A stretch of 62,753 nt of DNA from an uncultured Erysipelotrichaceae bacterium (GTDB lineage Bacteria > Bacillota_I > Bacilli_A > RF39 > UBA660): positions 1 through 62,753 of the forward strand of contig CAOJRP010000006.1 in NCBI GenBank assembly GCA_948442015.1. Reading direction: 5' to 3'. Numbering within the stretch: the stretch's first letter is position 1; the number at the start of each line of letters is the position of its first letter. Both the position numbers and the translations under genes were made by a program. A model generated the notes under the pieces. That model searched no databases. It saw nothing but the letters and a program-made list of their open reading frames with translations, and was not told where the DNA came from. Shown in pieces: positions 21,468 to 31,438 of the stretch.

Positions 21468-22451
21468 TTAGTCATTTTTAAATATCAATTTTATTGTATC
21501 TTTGACATATTCTTCAACTAATTTACTCTTTTCAATTATTAAAAGCAAATTTATTATAAGAGAACGATATTCCTCGTAAATATTTTTAGGGTATTCCATT
21601 ATAGTTTTATAAGTATTCTTATAATCATCACTATCAGCCATACCAGAATTTAAATACTTAATAACTTCTTCGAATTGATAATTTATAAGTAATTGATATA
21701 ATTCCCAACTTGATAAATGTCTAGGCATTTTTCTTTGTTCTTCAGCTATATCATCTAGTGTCATACCTTTAATATCTTTGATATATTTATCCATTAATTC
21801 AATAACACCACTAAAATTATCTGTATCAGTTGTTCGATACATAAAATTATTATAAATATCTTCTTTTCTACCACTAGGTTTTAAACCAACCATAGGTATA
21901 CTATCTTGAAAAGATTTATAAGCACTCTCATTTAAAGAGTCATCAATGATAGCACACCAACCTACATTTAACGGAGACGCTAAATAATGGTCAGTAAAAG
22001 TTTTTATTTTATCAGAATTATAAAAAAATCCCATAGGAGTAACTTTATCAAAATTATAACTATACTCACCACCACGAATAAATGAAGGTCCAAAACCAAT
22101 ATTATCATTGAAATATTTATTTAAAATATCAAAAACCATTTTAATATGAGTAGAGGTATTACTATGGGTAGAAATACATATATAAGCAGATTCATTTTCA
22201 TTACCAAACTGCTTTCTTAGTAAATCAACTTGCTTCATAAATATTTCTGCTTCTTTATCTGTTATTTTATCACATGTTCCATCTAAATCTAACATTATGG
22301 CAATGGAACGAGGAATACTAGTTTTTTTCCTACTTTTTAAAATACTATTAATTGGAGAAATATCTTCTTCCTTATTTTCTAAATATTTACGCTTTTGATT
22401 TTCATAAAATCTTTTCTTTCGAAATTCAGAATCCCAACTATCTTTTTTCAT
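21468..22451 (-). CDS. Hypothetical protein with possible HAD-like domain
   Basis: IMLDLDGT (HAD motif I-like) and IIDDS (motif IV-like). Confidence 0.65.
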   Translation of the reverse strand: MKKDSWDSEFRKKRFYENQKRKYLENKEEDISPINSILKSRKKTSIPRSIAIMLDLDGTCDKITDKEAEIFMKQVDLLRKQFGNENESAYICISTHSNTSTHIKMVFDILNKYFNDNIGFGPSFIRGGEYSYNFDKVTPMGFFYNSDKIKTFTDHYLASPLNVGWCAIIDDSLNESAYKSFQDSIPMVGLKPSGRKEDIYNNFMYRTTDTDNFSGVIELMDKYIKDIKGMTLDDIAEEQRKMPRHLSSWELYQLLINYQFEEVIKYLNSGMADSDDYKNTYKTIMEYPKNIYEEYRSLIINLLLIIEKSKLVEEYVKDTIKLIFKND

Positions 22452-22494
22452 TTCAAAACCTCCATAAAAATTATATAATATGTAATATATTTGT

Positions 22495-23016
22495 TCAATA
22501 ATTTTTAGTATCTTTATTTATAAGGCTTAAAATAAACTGTCTTGTTTCTTTTTCGGCATTTTGACGAATAAGTTCTCTACTATCTTCAACAAAACTATTC
22601 GGTACCTTTTCAGTAAGCTCTTCAAAATTCTCATTAATTCCTTGCTCAATTTTTTTATATGCTGCAATACAATCATTTTCATCTTCAAATAATTGAATGA
22701 GTTCTTCTTTATTTAAACCTTTTTTAAATCTAATTCCATAATATTTTTTTACTTCCAATATTAAACCACTATTACCTAAATCAAAGAAAAATTTATCTTT
22801 AATAAATCTATCATCTAAATCTAAAATTTCTTTTAATGAATGAGTAGATTCAGAAAAATAACTTTTCTCTATTATTTCATAATATCCCTTTTTTTCACTA
22901 TCTAGATTAAAATAATCTTCTCTACTTTCCATATAAATAAATCCAAGTTCTTCTAATTCTTCCTTTGTATAAAAAACATTTTTAAATTTATATATTTCAA
23001 ACTTTTCTATTAACAC
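22495..23016 (-). CDS. Hypothetical protein
   Basis: 173-aa ORF with GGAGG RBS and GTG start. Confidence 0.7.
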   Translation of the reverse strand: MLIEKFEIYKFKNVFYTKEELEELGFIYMESREDYFNLDSEKKGYYEIIEKSYFSESTHSLKEILDLDDRFIKDKFFFDLGNSGLILEVKKYYGIRFKKGLNKEELIQLFEDENDCIAAYKKIEQGINENFEELTEKVPNSFVEDSRELIRQNAEKETRQFILSLINKDTKNY

Positions 23017-23153
23017 TTTATTCCTCCAATCAAATATTTGTTAATTATTATATAATGATAACATTTATCTTTTCAAGGAAAATAAAAAACCAATACAATT
23101 TAGTATCGGCCTTTGTAAAGTTTGTTTTTACATTTCAAAAATATATATCTTCA

Positions 23154-24353
23154 TTAATATCTAGACGACCAAGAAAATCCTTTTGTATTTTTAATGCCTG
23201 TTACTTTTTGGTCCCCAGTAGGAGTTGATTTACTTTGGAAAGTACTATACCCATTATAGCCATTAGTTCCTGACCCTAAATAAAGTCCAAAAGCTATTGT
23301 ATAATGTAGGTGAGTTCCTGTTGTACATTTATCATAATACCAAGTCGATGAATCTCCTCCAACGGTACCAATTTGCGTTGCTGCTGTTACTGTTTGTCCA
23401 ACTTTAACATAAATATCGTGCATATGCGCATATTCAGAAGTATATGCAACTCCATTTACATAATGATGGATATGAACTATATTACCACCACAACGATTAT
23501 GAGTACTAACACTTGCAACAATACCAGGAGCAGCAGCAAACATAGCTGTTCCAGGTGTATTTCCACCTATATCCATACCATAATGACCATTATGTCCATA
23601 AGCTTGTGTTATTCTTCCTTTAGCTAAGGGTTTTACAAATTTAGAAGCATTTACAATCTTACTATAATAACAATAATCGATTGAATCATCATCACGACAT
23701 CCAGCATCTTCATAAGTTTTAATAAGCTCTTTTTGAGCTTTAATTTGTTCATCATAATCTAATCCCACGCTTGCTAATGAATTTATATAAGCCTGTAATT
23801 CTTCAATTTTCTTTTCATATTGTGTAATAGAATTTTCTAACTGAATATTTTGATTATTTAAGTCAATTTGAAGTTGCTTATTATCGGCAATTAGTTGCTC
23901 TAAGCGATGAATCTCACTATCTTGATAGCTAGAAAGTTGCTCAATAATTGCTGCTCTTTCTAGAAAATCAGACATCGTTGTAGATTGAACAATAAACTCT
24001 AAATAAACTTTATCTTCATCAATACTTTGCATATAACTAAAAACATCATGTAATTCTTCTGTTGTCTTAACAATTAATGCTTCACTTTCAACAATCTTTT
24101 GCTTTGATTCTTCAACACTTTTCTCATTAGCATCAATTGTATTATTAGCTTCATTAATAGCATTTCTTTTATAATCTATCTCATTTGCAGCTTGGTTAGA
24201 AAGCCTTTTATTCTCTCTTTGTTGACTTTGTAAAGCATTCAACTCATTTTTATAATCTCGTAAAGTCTTACTATCAGCTTTAACATAAAGAGGTGCAACA
24301 AGATTAAATAATAAACAAAAACATAAAGTATATCTTCCTAATCTTTTCATCAT
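23154..24353 (-). CDS. Secreted coiled-coil + M23 peptidase (FtsEX-associated murein hydrolase/activator)
   Basis: Signal peptide, long coiled coil, HYGMD, YAHM and HLH motifs; directly after ftsX. Confidence 0.9.
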   Translation of the reverse strand: MMKRLGRYTLCFCLLFNLVAPLYVKADSKTLRDYKNELNALQSQQRENKRLSNQAANEIDYKRNAINEANNTIDANEKSVEESKQKIVESEALIVKTTEELHDVFSYMQSIDEDKVYLEFIVQSTTMSDFLERAAIIEQLSSYQDSEIHRLEQLIADNKQLQIDLNNQNIQLENSITQYEKKIEELQAYINSLASVGLDYDEQIKAQKELIKTYEDAGCRDDDSIDYCYYSKIVNASKFVKPLAKGRITQAYGHNGHYGMDIGGNTPGTAMFAAAPGIVASVSTHNRCGGNIVHIHHYVNGVAYTSEYAHMHDIYVKVGQTVTAATQIGTVGGDSSTWYYDKCTTGTHLHYTIAFGLYLGSGTNGYNGYSTFQSKSTPTGDQKVTGIKNTKGFSWSSRY

Positions 24354-25255
24354 ATTTTCAAATACCTCCTTACAGAGCGATAACTACCTAACATACCAAC
24401 TGTAACACCTATAGCTAATAATAATAGTGAACCATATAAAACAAAAGGTAAAGGAGAAACTAATTTTATTATATTAGAAACAAAGAAACCATTTAAATTG
24501 TCATAGGCTAAAATATAACCATATATAGTAGCGGCTATTGGAATAATTGAACCAGCTATTCCTAAAAATAAACCTTCAAAGACAAATGGTAATCTAATAA
24601 CTGTATTACTTACTCCAACAAGTCGCATTATGTCTATTTCATTCTTACGAGCAAAAATTGTTAACTTAATTGTGTTACAAATTAAGAATACTGTTACAAT
24701 AATTAAAGCGCCGATAATAACAATAGAAGCTTTTTTAATAACATCAAATATAGGTACTAATTTTGTTACTGTATCTTCTCCATAATTAACAAGTTCAATA
24801 TTTTCAATCCCTCTAATTTGCTCTGCAGTATCTTTCATATCTCTTATATCTTTAACGGGAACAATAAATTCTGATTTCAAGGGATTTGTTTCAGAAGTCC
24901 ATGTCTCCATAATACTTTTTAAATCACTACTCTTTTGCATTGTTTCTATTCTAACTTGTTCCTTACTTTTATAGACAATATTTTCTCCTACAACATTTCC
25001 AATCTTGCTAATCTCATCTTTCGCAATCTTATCTTGTTCCTCTGTCGTTCCTTTTTGCATTAAAACTAATATTGTCAATTCTTCTTCTAACCCTTTAGTA
25101 AAATTATTGACATTAACTGTTAATATTACCGCAATTGATACTAAAATCAAAGTAATTGTTGTACATACAATAGATGCTAAACTTAAACTTAAATTTCGAA
25201 AAACACTTTTAAAGGCATGATTTATATTTCTACTTAGAATCCTGAACAACTTCAT
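24350..25255 (-). CDS. ftsX: Cell division permease FtsX
   Basis: NTIKLTIFARKNEIDIMRLVG...PFVFEG. Confidence 0.96.
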   Translation of the reverse strand: MKLFRILSRNINHAFKSVFRNLSLSLASIVCTTITLILVSIAVILTVNVNNFTKGLEEELTILVLMQKGTTEEQDKIAKDEISKIGNVVGENIVYKSKEQVRIETMQKSSDLKSIMETWTSETNPLKSEFIVPVKDIRDMKDTAEQIRGIENIELVNYGEDTVTKLVPIFDVIKKASIVIIGALIIVTVFLICNTIKLTIFARKNEIDIMRLVGVSNTVIRLPFVFEGLFLGIAGSIIPIAATIYGYILAYDNLNGFFVSNIIKLVSPLPFVLYGSLLLLAIGVTVGMLGSYRSVRRYLKI

Positions 25256-25943
25256 CTACAACATACTTTCCTTTCTTTTCATCATGAGTTAAAACTCCAT
25301 TTTCGATTGTTATAACTCTTTTCTTCATTGTATTAACAATTTCTCTATCATGAGTAGCCATTATTATTGTAGCTCCCATATTTTTATTTATTGAATCAAT
25401 TACTTTCATTACTTCTTTACTTGTCGCTGGGTCTAAATTTCCAGTTGGTTCATCGCAAATAAGTAATTTAGGTTCATCAACTATAGCTCTTGCAATACAT
25501 ACTCTTTGTTGTTCCCCTCCTGATAATTGATTAGGAAAACTTCTTATTTTTTCTTTTAATCCAACTCGTTCTAAAGCAAGAAGTACTTTTGGTTTAATAT
25601 CTTTCGATTTAATTCCTTGATTCTCTAAGCCAAAAGCAACATTTTCATAGACTGTTAATTTAGGAAGTAATTTAAAATCCTGAAAAACAATCCCTAACTT
25701 TTTTCGTAGTTTATAAACATTTCCATTTCTTAATTTAGAAACATTTATTCCACCAACAAAAACTTGTCCCTTTGTTGGTTTTTCCTCACGATATAGTAAC
25801 TTAATTAAAGTTGATTTCCCACTACCTGTTGTACCAATTACAAAGACAAATTCCCCTTTATCTATTTTTAAAGTCAAATCTGCTAAAGCTGTTACTCCAT
25901 TTTTATATATTTTATAGCAATGTTCAATATCAATGAACTTCAT
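25230..25943 (-). CDS. ftsE: Cell division ATP-binding protein FtsE
   Basis: GTTGSGKS, VFQDFKLLP, LSGGEQQR, DEPTGNLDP. Confidence 0.96.
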   Translation of the reverse strand: MKFIDIEHCYKIYKNGVTALADLTLKIDKGEFVFVIGTTGSGKSTLIKLLYREEKPTKGQVFVGGINVSKLRNGNVYKLRKKLGIVFQDFKLLPKLTVYENVAFGLENQGIKSKDIKPKVLLALERVGLKEKIRSFPNQLSGGEQQRVCIARAIVDEPKLLICDEPTGNLDPATSKEVMKVIDSINKNMGATIIMATHDREIVNTMKKRVITIENGVLTHDEKKGKYVVDEVVQDSK

Positions 25944-26032
25944 TTTACCACCTACTATAAAGTAATTATACCAAAAAAAAGAGGCTAAATAAATGGTAAA
26001 TTTGACCTCTTAACATAACATTTATATTTATT

Positions 26033-27421
26033 TTACCCTGCTTTTCTCACCACAAGTTTTGTTGATTGACTTTCTATCTTAGGACAAGTAACATTGCAAG
26101 CATATTTTCTTTGAATCATTTCCACAAATTCTTTAGAGTTCATTCCAAAATTAGAATAATATTCATTTAATAATGTTTCATAATCTAAATTGCTATTAGA
26201 TTCAATTATATATTTTTCTTGAGTTAATACTTCTATTTCCTCTATACTTGAATTCTTTATACTGTCCAATTCTTCTTCTAATTTTTTATTACCTTTTTCA
26301 ATATCTTCATAAGTTGTCCAACTAAAATATCTACAATAAACACAGTTTTTATAATCCCTATCATAAGAGTGTTTTATTCCTTCAGTTGTTTTCCAGGTTC
26401 CTAAAGAATTATCATTTAAGGATTTTCTTAAAGAATCCATATCTAATGCTTTATAATAATCAAAATGAAGATAATTTCCATAACCAAATCTCGGTTCAGT
26501 AGCAGCATAACACTTATCTAGAAATAAAATCTCATTGCTAAAATTATTACTATAATTATTTTTTAGTTTATTTAAAACACTAGTATATCTTTTCCCTAAA
26601 TAAGAAAGTTCATCAATATTTAATTGAATTTCTTTCTTTAATGCTTGCATTTCTCTATAATCTTTTACAAATTTTTTATTTTTATTTAAAGCTAAAAATT
26701 CTTTGAACTTTTCTAAGTATTCTGCATTATTAAAATCTTTTGGATATTTAAAATTCTTTGAATAAAACATAAATCCTTCAGTAAGAACTTGTCCTTCAAA
26801 TACCGAAACTAATTCCGAAGCGATAGTAAAAGGGTCACATTCATCATTTATAGAATAGTTATATCCATGTTTAAGCAGATAATTATAATAATTTTTATAT
26901 TCTTCTTCAAAATTATCAGTTTTTGTTTTTATTATAACTTCAAGTCCTAATTCTTTATTTTCTTCTATGTATTCATCTAATTTATCTTTTGTAGCAAAAG
27001 AAATTATCTTTTCTCTATGAAATAAATTCACAAGATTTAACCCATTAATTAAATAAATATCATAATCATTATGTTTTAATTGCTCTCTAAAAGCTTTATC
27101 TCTATCATCTTTAGAATAGTACTCACGATTTACCAAATATTGTTTTAATTTAGGATAATTTTGATAATCTGGATAATGTTCAAATAAAATGTCTTTTAAT
27201 TTCTTTAATATTTTATTTAAAACATTAGTAACTTCATTTAGTTTTATCGCAACATTGTTTGCACTATTAGCATCAATTATATTCTGGAAATCAAGCGATT
27301 GCAATTCTTCAATTATGTATTTTAGACTATCAATTTCAATCGTACTTTTGTTATATTTTACATAAAAATTTTCTAATAACTCTCTCAAACTATTTAAATT
27401 ATCTATTACTTTTTCTTGCAT
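26033..27421 (-). CDS. Hypothetical protein
   Basis: 462-aa ORF, no motif recognised. Confidence 0.75.
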   Translation of the reverse strand: MQEKVIDNLNSLRELLENFYVKYNKSTIEIDSLKYIIEELQSLDFQNIIDANSANNVAIKLNEVTNVLNKILKKLKDILFEHYPDYQNYPKLKQYLVNREYYSKDDRDKAFREQLKHNDYDIYLINGLNLVNLFHREKIISFATKDKLDEYIEENKELGLEVIIKTKTDNFEEEYKNYYNYLLKHGYNYSINDECDPFTIASELVSVFEGQVLTEGFMFYSKNFKYPKDFNNAEYLEKFKEFLALNKNKKFVKDYREMQALKKEIQLNIDELSYLGKRYTSVLNKLKNNYSNNFSNEILFLDKCYAATEPRFGYGNYLHFDYYKALDMDSLRKSLNDNSLGTWKTTEGIKHSYDRDYKNCVYCRYFSWTTYEDIEKGNKKLEEELDSIKNSSIEEIEVLTQEKYIIESNSNLDYETLLNEYYSNFGMNSKEFVEMIQRKYACNVTCPKIESQSTKLVVRKAG

Positions 27422-27467
27422 ATAAAATCCCCCATAAATAAAATTAAAAATATTATACTACATAAAT

Positions 27468-28385
27468 TTATTTTTCAAGAGTATTAAATTCTAATAAGTT
27501 ATCTCTTTTAACACCGCCTTTTACTTCGTAACAATCACTTATAACAAAGAAAGCATCCTTATCAATTTCTAAAACAGATTCTTTAAATAGAAAATAATCT
27601 CTTGTTGGAACAACACACATTAACATTTTTCTCTTTGTTTTAGAATATCCTCCCTCTGTTGTTAAAATTGTATATCCAGCATTTATTTCATTAATTATAA
27701 AATCAGCTACTTCTTTCTCTTTTTTTGTATAAATAAAAAACATTTTACTATCTGATATGCCAATTAAAATTTTATCCACTAAGATGGTATTTATAACAAT
27801 AATAATTATAGCATAAAGCATTTTTGGAATACCAAATATTATTCCAGCTATTCCTACAATAATACCATTGACAAATAATGAAGCTTTACCTGTTGGAATA
27901 TGAAAGTATTTATTAACTATTTGCATAATAATATCTGCTCCACCTGTCGTATATCCCATTTTATAAATAATCCCTGTCGTGAAGCCATATATTAAACCAC
28001 TTACTAGGATAGTTAATAAAAAATTTTCAAAATTAGTATGAGGGATTAAATAGGTTGCTAAAGGTAGTGTAAGCTCAACAAACAAGGGATATAACAAAGA
28101 TCCAATAATAGTTCTTCTTGTCTGAACACGCCCTAAAGTTATATAACTAATAATTATTAAAGCTATATTAAAAACTAAAATTATCAAAGAAATAGAAACA
28201 TTAAATAAATGGTTAAGAATAATAGCAAGTCCACTAGTACCTCCAATAACTAAATTATTATGCACTAAAAAAACATTATAATTTAGAGCAAGTAAAAAGA
28301 TAGCTAAAGATGAAATTAAAAGTCTTAACCAAAAATTCTTTTTTGTTACTATTTTAATAATATCTTTATAATCCATGTTATTCAC
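27468..28385 (-). CDS. YitT family membrane protein (DUF161/DUF2179)
   Basis: GGTSGLA, TTGGADI, IDKDAFFVISDCYEVKG. Confidence 0.92.
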   Translation of the reverse strand: MNNMDYKDIIKIVTKKNFWLRLLISSLAIFLLALNYNVFLVHNNLVIGGTSGLAIILNHLFNVSISLIILVFNIALIIISYITLGRVQTRRTIIGSLLYPLFVELTLPLATYLIPHTNFENFLLTILVSGLIYGFTTGIIYKMGYTTGGADIIMQIVNKYFHIPTGKASLFVNGIIVGIAGIIFGIPKMLYAIIIIVINTILVDKILIGISDSKMFFIYTKKEKEVADFIINEINAGYTILTTEGGYSKTKRKMLMCVVPTRDYFLFKESVLEIDKDAFFVISDCYEVKGGVKRDNLLEFNTLEK

Positions 28386-28399
28386 CTATTATTAGTATA

Positions 28400-28426
28400 C
28401 TATATTTTTTAAAACTCGCATATAGT
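28400..28426 (+). promoter_or_regulatory. Putative sigma-E-type sporulation promoter
   Basis: ctatatt...CATATAGT (28419-28426) just upstream of the gerQ RBS resembles the mother-cell sigma-E/K -10 CATAnnnT. Confidence 0.45.
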
Positions 28427-28444
28427 TAATTGAGGTGAAAATTA

Positions 28445-28801
28445 ATGAACGGAAGTTATTATCCTAATCCAACTTTTCCTAATGCAACAAATGATACTAG
28501 TTTTGAAGATAACTATTATCAAAATAAAGCCGAAAGCATGCCAATGGAACAAAGTTATATCGAAAATATCTTAAGACTTAATAAAGGAAAAAAAGTTACT
28601 GCATATGTAAGTTTTCCTGACTCAAATGACTGGCGAGATAGTAGATTTACAGGGATTATCGAGGAAGCAGGAAGAGACCATTTAATTATTAGTGACCCAA
28701 CTACAGGACACTGGAACTTAATTCTAATGATTTATCTAAACTTTATTGACTTTGATGAAAAAATCAATTACAGTCATGCTTATTCTGAAAAAACGTTTTA
28801 G
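28445..28801 (+). CDS. gerQ: Spore coat protein GerQ
   Basis: EQSYIENILRLNKGK, FTGIIEEAGRDHLIISDP.TG, LMIYL. Confidence 0.93.
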   Translation: MNGSYYPNPTFPNATNDTSFEDNYYQNKAESMPMEQSYIENILRLNKGKKVTAYVSFPDSNDWRDSRFTGIIEEAGRDHLIISDPTTGHWNLILMIYLNFIDFDEKINYSHAYSEKTF

Positions 28802-29295
28802 TAATAGAGACTAAAACGCTTTTTTTCTTCTTCTAATGTAGTTTTTGGACCATGTCCAGGATATAAGACTATGTCATCATCATACAAAGATATTTTTTTA
28901 AGACTTTCTAACATATCACTATCACTTCCACCTAAATCAGTTCTACCAATACTATGATAGAAAATAAAATCGCCACAAAACATTATCTTTTCCTTTTTAA
29001 AATAGTAAGTTACGGAGTCAGCAGTATGACCTTTAGTTTCTATTACTTCATAAGAGAAATTACTACCTTTATATTCATTTTCTTTAACATTGTAATATGT
29101 ACATATTTCTTCTAATGCTCCAATGTGGTCAAAATGGGAATGCGTGAGTAAACACCCTACTACTTTTTTAGCTCCAACTTCTTTAATTATTTTTTTAGCT
29201 TCAGCTCCAGGGTCAATAATTAATACTTCGTTATTTTTTTCAAGTATGTAACAATTAGTCTGTAAATCTCCTACAACAATAGTTTTAATTTCCAT
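28798..29295 (-). CDS. MBL-fold metallo-hydrolase (glyoxalase II-like)
   Basis: THSHFDHIGA, GHT, GRTDL, YPGHGP. Confidence 0.93.
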   Translation of the reverse strand: MEIKTIVVGDLQTNCYILEKNNEVLIIDPGAEAKKIIKEVGAKKVVGCLLTHSHFDHIGALEEICTYYNVKENEYKGSNFSYEVIETKGHTADSVTYYFKKEKIMFCGDFIFYHSIGRTDLGGSDSDMLESLKKISLYDDDIVLYPGHGPKTTLEEEKKRFSLYY

Positions 29296-29466
29296 AATAA
29301 TCACCTTTTTTACATTGTATTATAATAAACTTTAAAAGTAAACTAATTATGCTATTTGCACAATGAAAATCGAAATTCATCTAAAGTATGCTATTATTCT
29401 AAATTTAAATTATTACATTTAAAACCGTAAAATAAATTCTAGTTAATTTACTAATTAACTAGTTAC

Positions 29467-30086
29467 GTGCTATAATAATTTTAGAATTGAGGTTTTAATT
29501 ATGATAATAATCTATACTCTTTTAATTTTAATAATATTTATTTGTGGCTTAGCAATTGGATATGTACTTTTATACAATCAACTACAACACTATACTACTA
29601 AGGTCGATCAAGCTGAATCTATTATTGATGATACATTAAGAAAACGTTATGACTTAGCAATAAATGCAGCTAATATTATTGAAAAAAGTATTAAAGATAA
29701 AAAGAAGATCTTCAAAGATTTAAGAAGTTTTAAAGATGTAGCTATTACTAATTTTGATTTTGATAGAAAATTAAATGAAAATGTTGAATTAATTAAACAA
29801 GTACGCTTTGATTATGATGAACTTAAAGATATTAAAGAACTTAAAACTATTATTAATGATTTAAAAAGTACTTCCGAAAAATTAGAAGCTGCTAAATCTT
29901 TTTATAATAAATATACTAATAAATTAAATGACTTAATAAGGAAATTTCCGATTAATATTATTGCTAAAATGCATAACATCGAAATTCGTCTTTTCTTTGA
30001 TGGTAAAGATATGCATGATGATATATTAGATGACTTTAAATTATAGTCTTAATTAACTATTTTTTTGTGCTATAATAATTTTAGAA
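29467..30086 (+). repeat. 20-bp direct repeat GTGCTATAATAATTTTAGAA containing extended -10 promoters
   Basis: Identical copies at 29467-29486 and 30067-30086, each preceded by TAATTAACTA. Confidence 0.8.
29501..30046 (+). CDS. LemA family protein
   Basis: N-terminal TM, LRKRYDL, FYN...LN..IRKFPINIIA. Confidence 0.85.
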   Translation: MIIIYTLLILIIFICGLAIGYVLLYNQLQHYTTKVDQAESIIDDTLRKRYDLAINAANIIEKSIKDKKKIFKDLRSFKDVAITNFDFDRKLNENVELIKQVRFDYDELKDIKELKTIINDLKSTSEKLEAAKSFYNKYTNKLNDLIRKFPINIIAKMHNIEIRLFFDGKDMHDDILDDFKL

Positions 30087-30099
30087 AGGATGAGTTTTT

Positions 30100-30627
30100 A
30101 TGAGAAAAAGAGTTTTAGGTTTATTATTAGTAAGTTGTCTTTTGTTAACAACTGGTTGTGGCGATAAGGAAAATAAAGAAACTAAAAAAGATGAAAAACA
30201 AGAAAATACAATCAAAACAATAAGTTGTGTAAATGAACTTGAAAAATCAGAGATTGAAAAAGATGAAAATGGAAACTCAATTATGGGAATTCAAGGGCAA
30301 AAAACAGAATACAAATATGATACTAAGAAAAATGAACTAACTGAAGTAACTGCTTCCATATATGTTAAATTTGAAAATGCTTCGGAAGACTATATTTCAA
30401 AACAAGCAGAAGAATCTAAAGTTGCTTGTGACGCTTTTAAAGATGATGATACAGTAAAAAACTGTGAAATCAAAAAAGATGGCGATAAAGTAGAAGTTTA
30501 TATGGTAGCTGATATTGATAATATTTTAGATGGTGAAGACATTTCTAAAACAGCAACATTTGAAGATATTGAAAAATATGTCAAAGAAGAATCTAAAGAA
30601 GATGGCTTGACTTGTACAGTAAATTAA
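30100..30627 (+). CDS. Hypothetical lipoprotein
   Basis: Lipobox LLTTGC after a basic/hydrophobic signal peptide. Confidence 0.85.
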   Translation: MRKRVLGLLLVSCLLLTTGCGDKENKETKKDEKQENTIKTISCVNELEKSEIEKDENGNSIMGIQGQKTEYKYDTKKNELTEVTASIYVKFENASEDYISKQAEESKVACDAFKDDDTVKNCEIKKDGDKVEVYMVADIDNILDGEDISKTATFEDIEKYVKEESKEDGLTCTVN

Positions 30628-30632
30628 TTAAA

Positions 30633-30657
30633 TCCTACAGCAATGTAGGACTTTTTA
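30633..30657 (+). terminator. Terminator after the lipoprotein gene
   Basis: tcctaca-gcaa-tgtagga followed by a T-run. Confidence 0.75.
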
Positions 30658-30759
30658 ATAAAATAAAAATCTTTGTTTTGTTCACTTAACTATTATTATT
30701 TTTTCTCAAAAATCAAATACTAAAATAAAAATATTCTCCAATATGAGAATTAAATTGTG

Positions 30760-31425
30760 TTATTTAGTTAAATTCCAATCAATTGGTTCTATATCTCTAC
30801 TTTCTAGAAAAGCATTTGTTTTAGAAAAAGGTCTACTTCCAAAGAAACCATAACTTGCTGAAAATGGAGAAGGGTGTGCTGATTCTATCACATAGTGAAT
30901 AGGGTTAGTTATATACTTCTTTTTTTCTTTAGCAAATTTACCCCATAGTATGAAGACTACAGGTTCCTCTTTTAAGTTAATTTCTTTAATAATATAGTCA
31001 GTAAGACGCTCCCAGCCTAAATCTTTATGGGAAGCTGGTTTATCTTTTTCGACGGTTAATACAGCATTTAAAAGAAGTACTCCTTGTTCTGCCCATTTAG
31101 TCAAATTACCACTATTTGGTGCTTGTATTCCTAAATCATCATTTAATTCTTTATATATGTTTTTTAAAGATGGTGGTATTTTAATTCCATCTTGTACAGA
31201 AAAAGAAAGTCCATGGGCTTCCCCCACTCCATGATATGGATCTTGACCTACAATAACCACTTTTACTTTACTATAAGGAGTTAGTTTTAAAGCATTAAAA
31301 ACATAATTTTTAGGAGGAAATATAGTTTTAATCTTATATTCATTATTAACAATATTCAAAAACTTTTTAAATCCTTCACTTTCCCAAATAAGTTTTAATA
31401 TGTTATCCCAATCATTACCTATCAT
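30760..31425 (-). CDS. ung: Uracil-DNA glycosylase
   Basis: GQDPYH, PPSLKNI, HPSPFS. Confidence 0.98.
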   Translation of the reverse strand: MIGNDWDNILKLIWESEGFKKFLNIVNNEYKIKTIFPPKNYVFNALKLTPYSKVKVVIVGQDPYHGVGEAHGLSFSVQDGIKIPPSLKNIYKELNDDLGIQAPNSGNLTKWAEQGVLLLNAVLTVEKDKPASHKDLGWERLTDYIIKEINLKEEPVVFILWGKFAKEKKKYITNPIHYVIESAHPSPFSASYGFFGSRPFSKTNAFLESRDIEPIDWNLTK

Positions 31426-31438
31426 AATACCACTACCT

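Noticed and set aside
30636-30647. Shared TACAGCAATGTA hairpin core with 37435-37446 as a repeat family
   Set aside because: There are only two copies, both explained as GCAA-tetraloop terminator hairpins.
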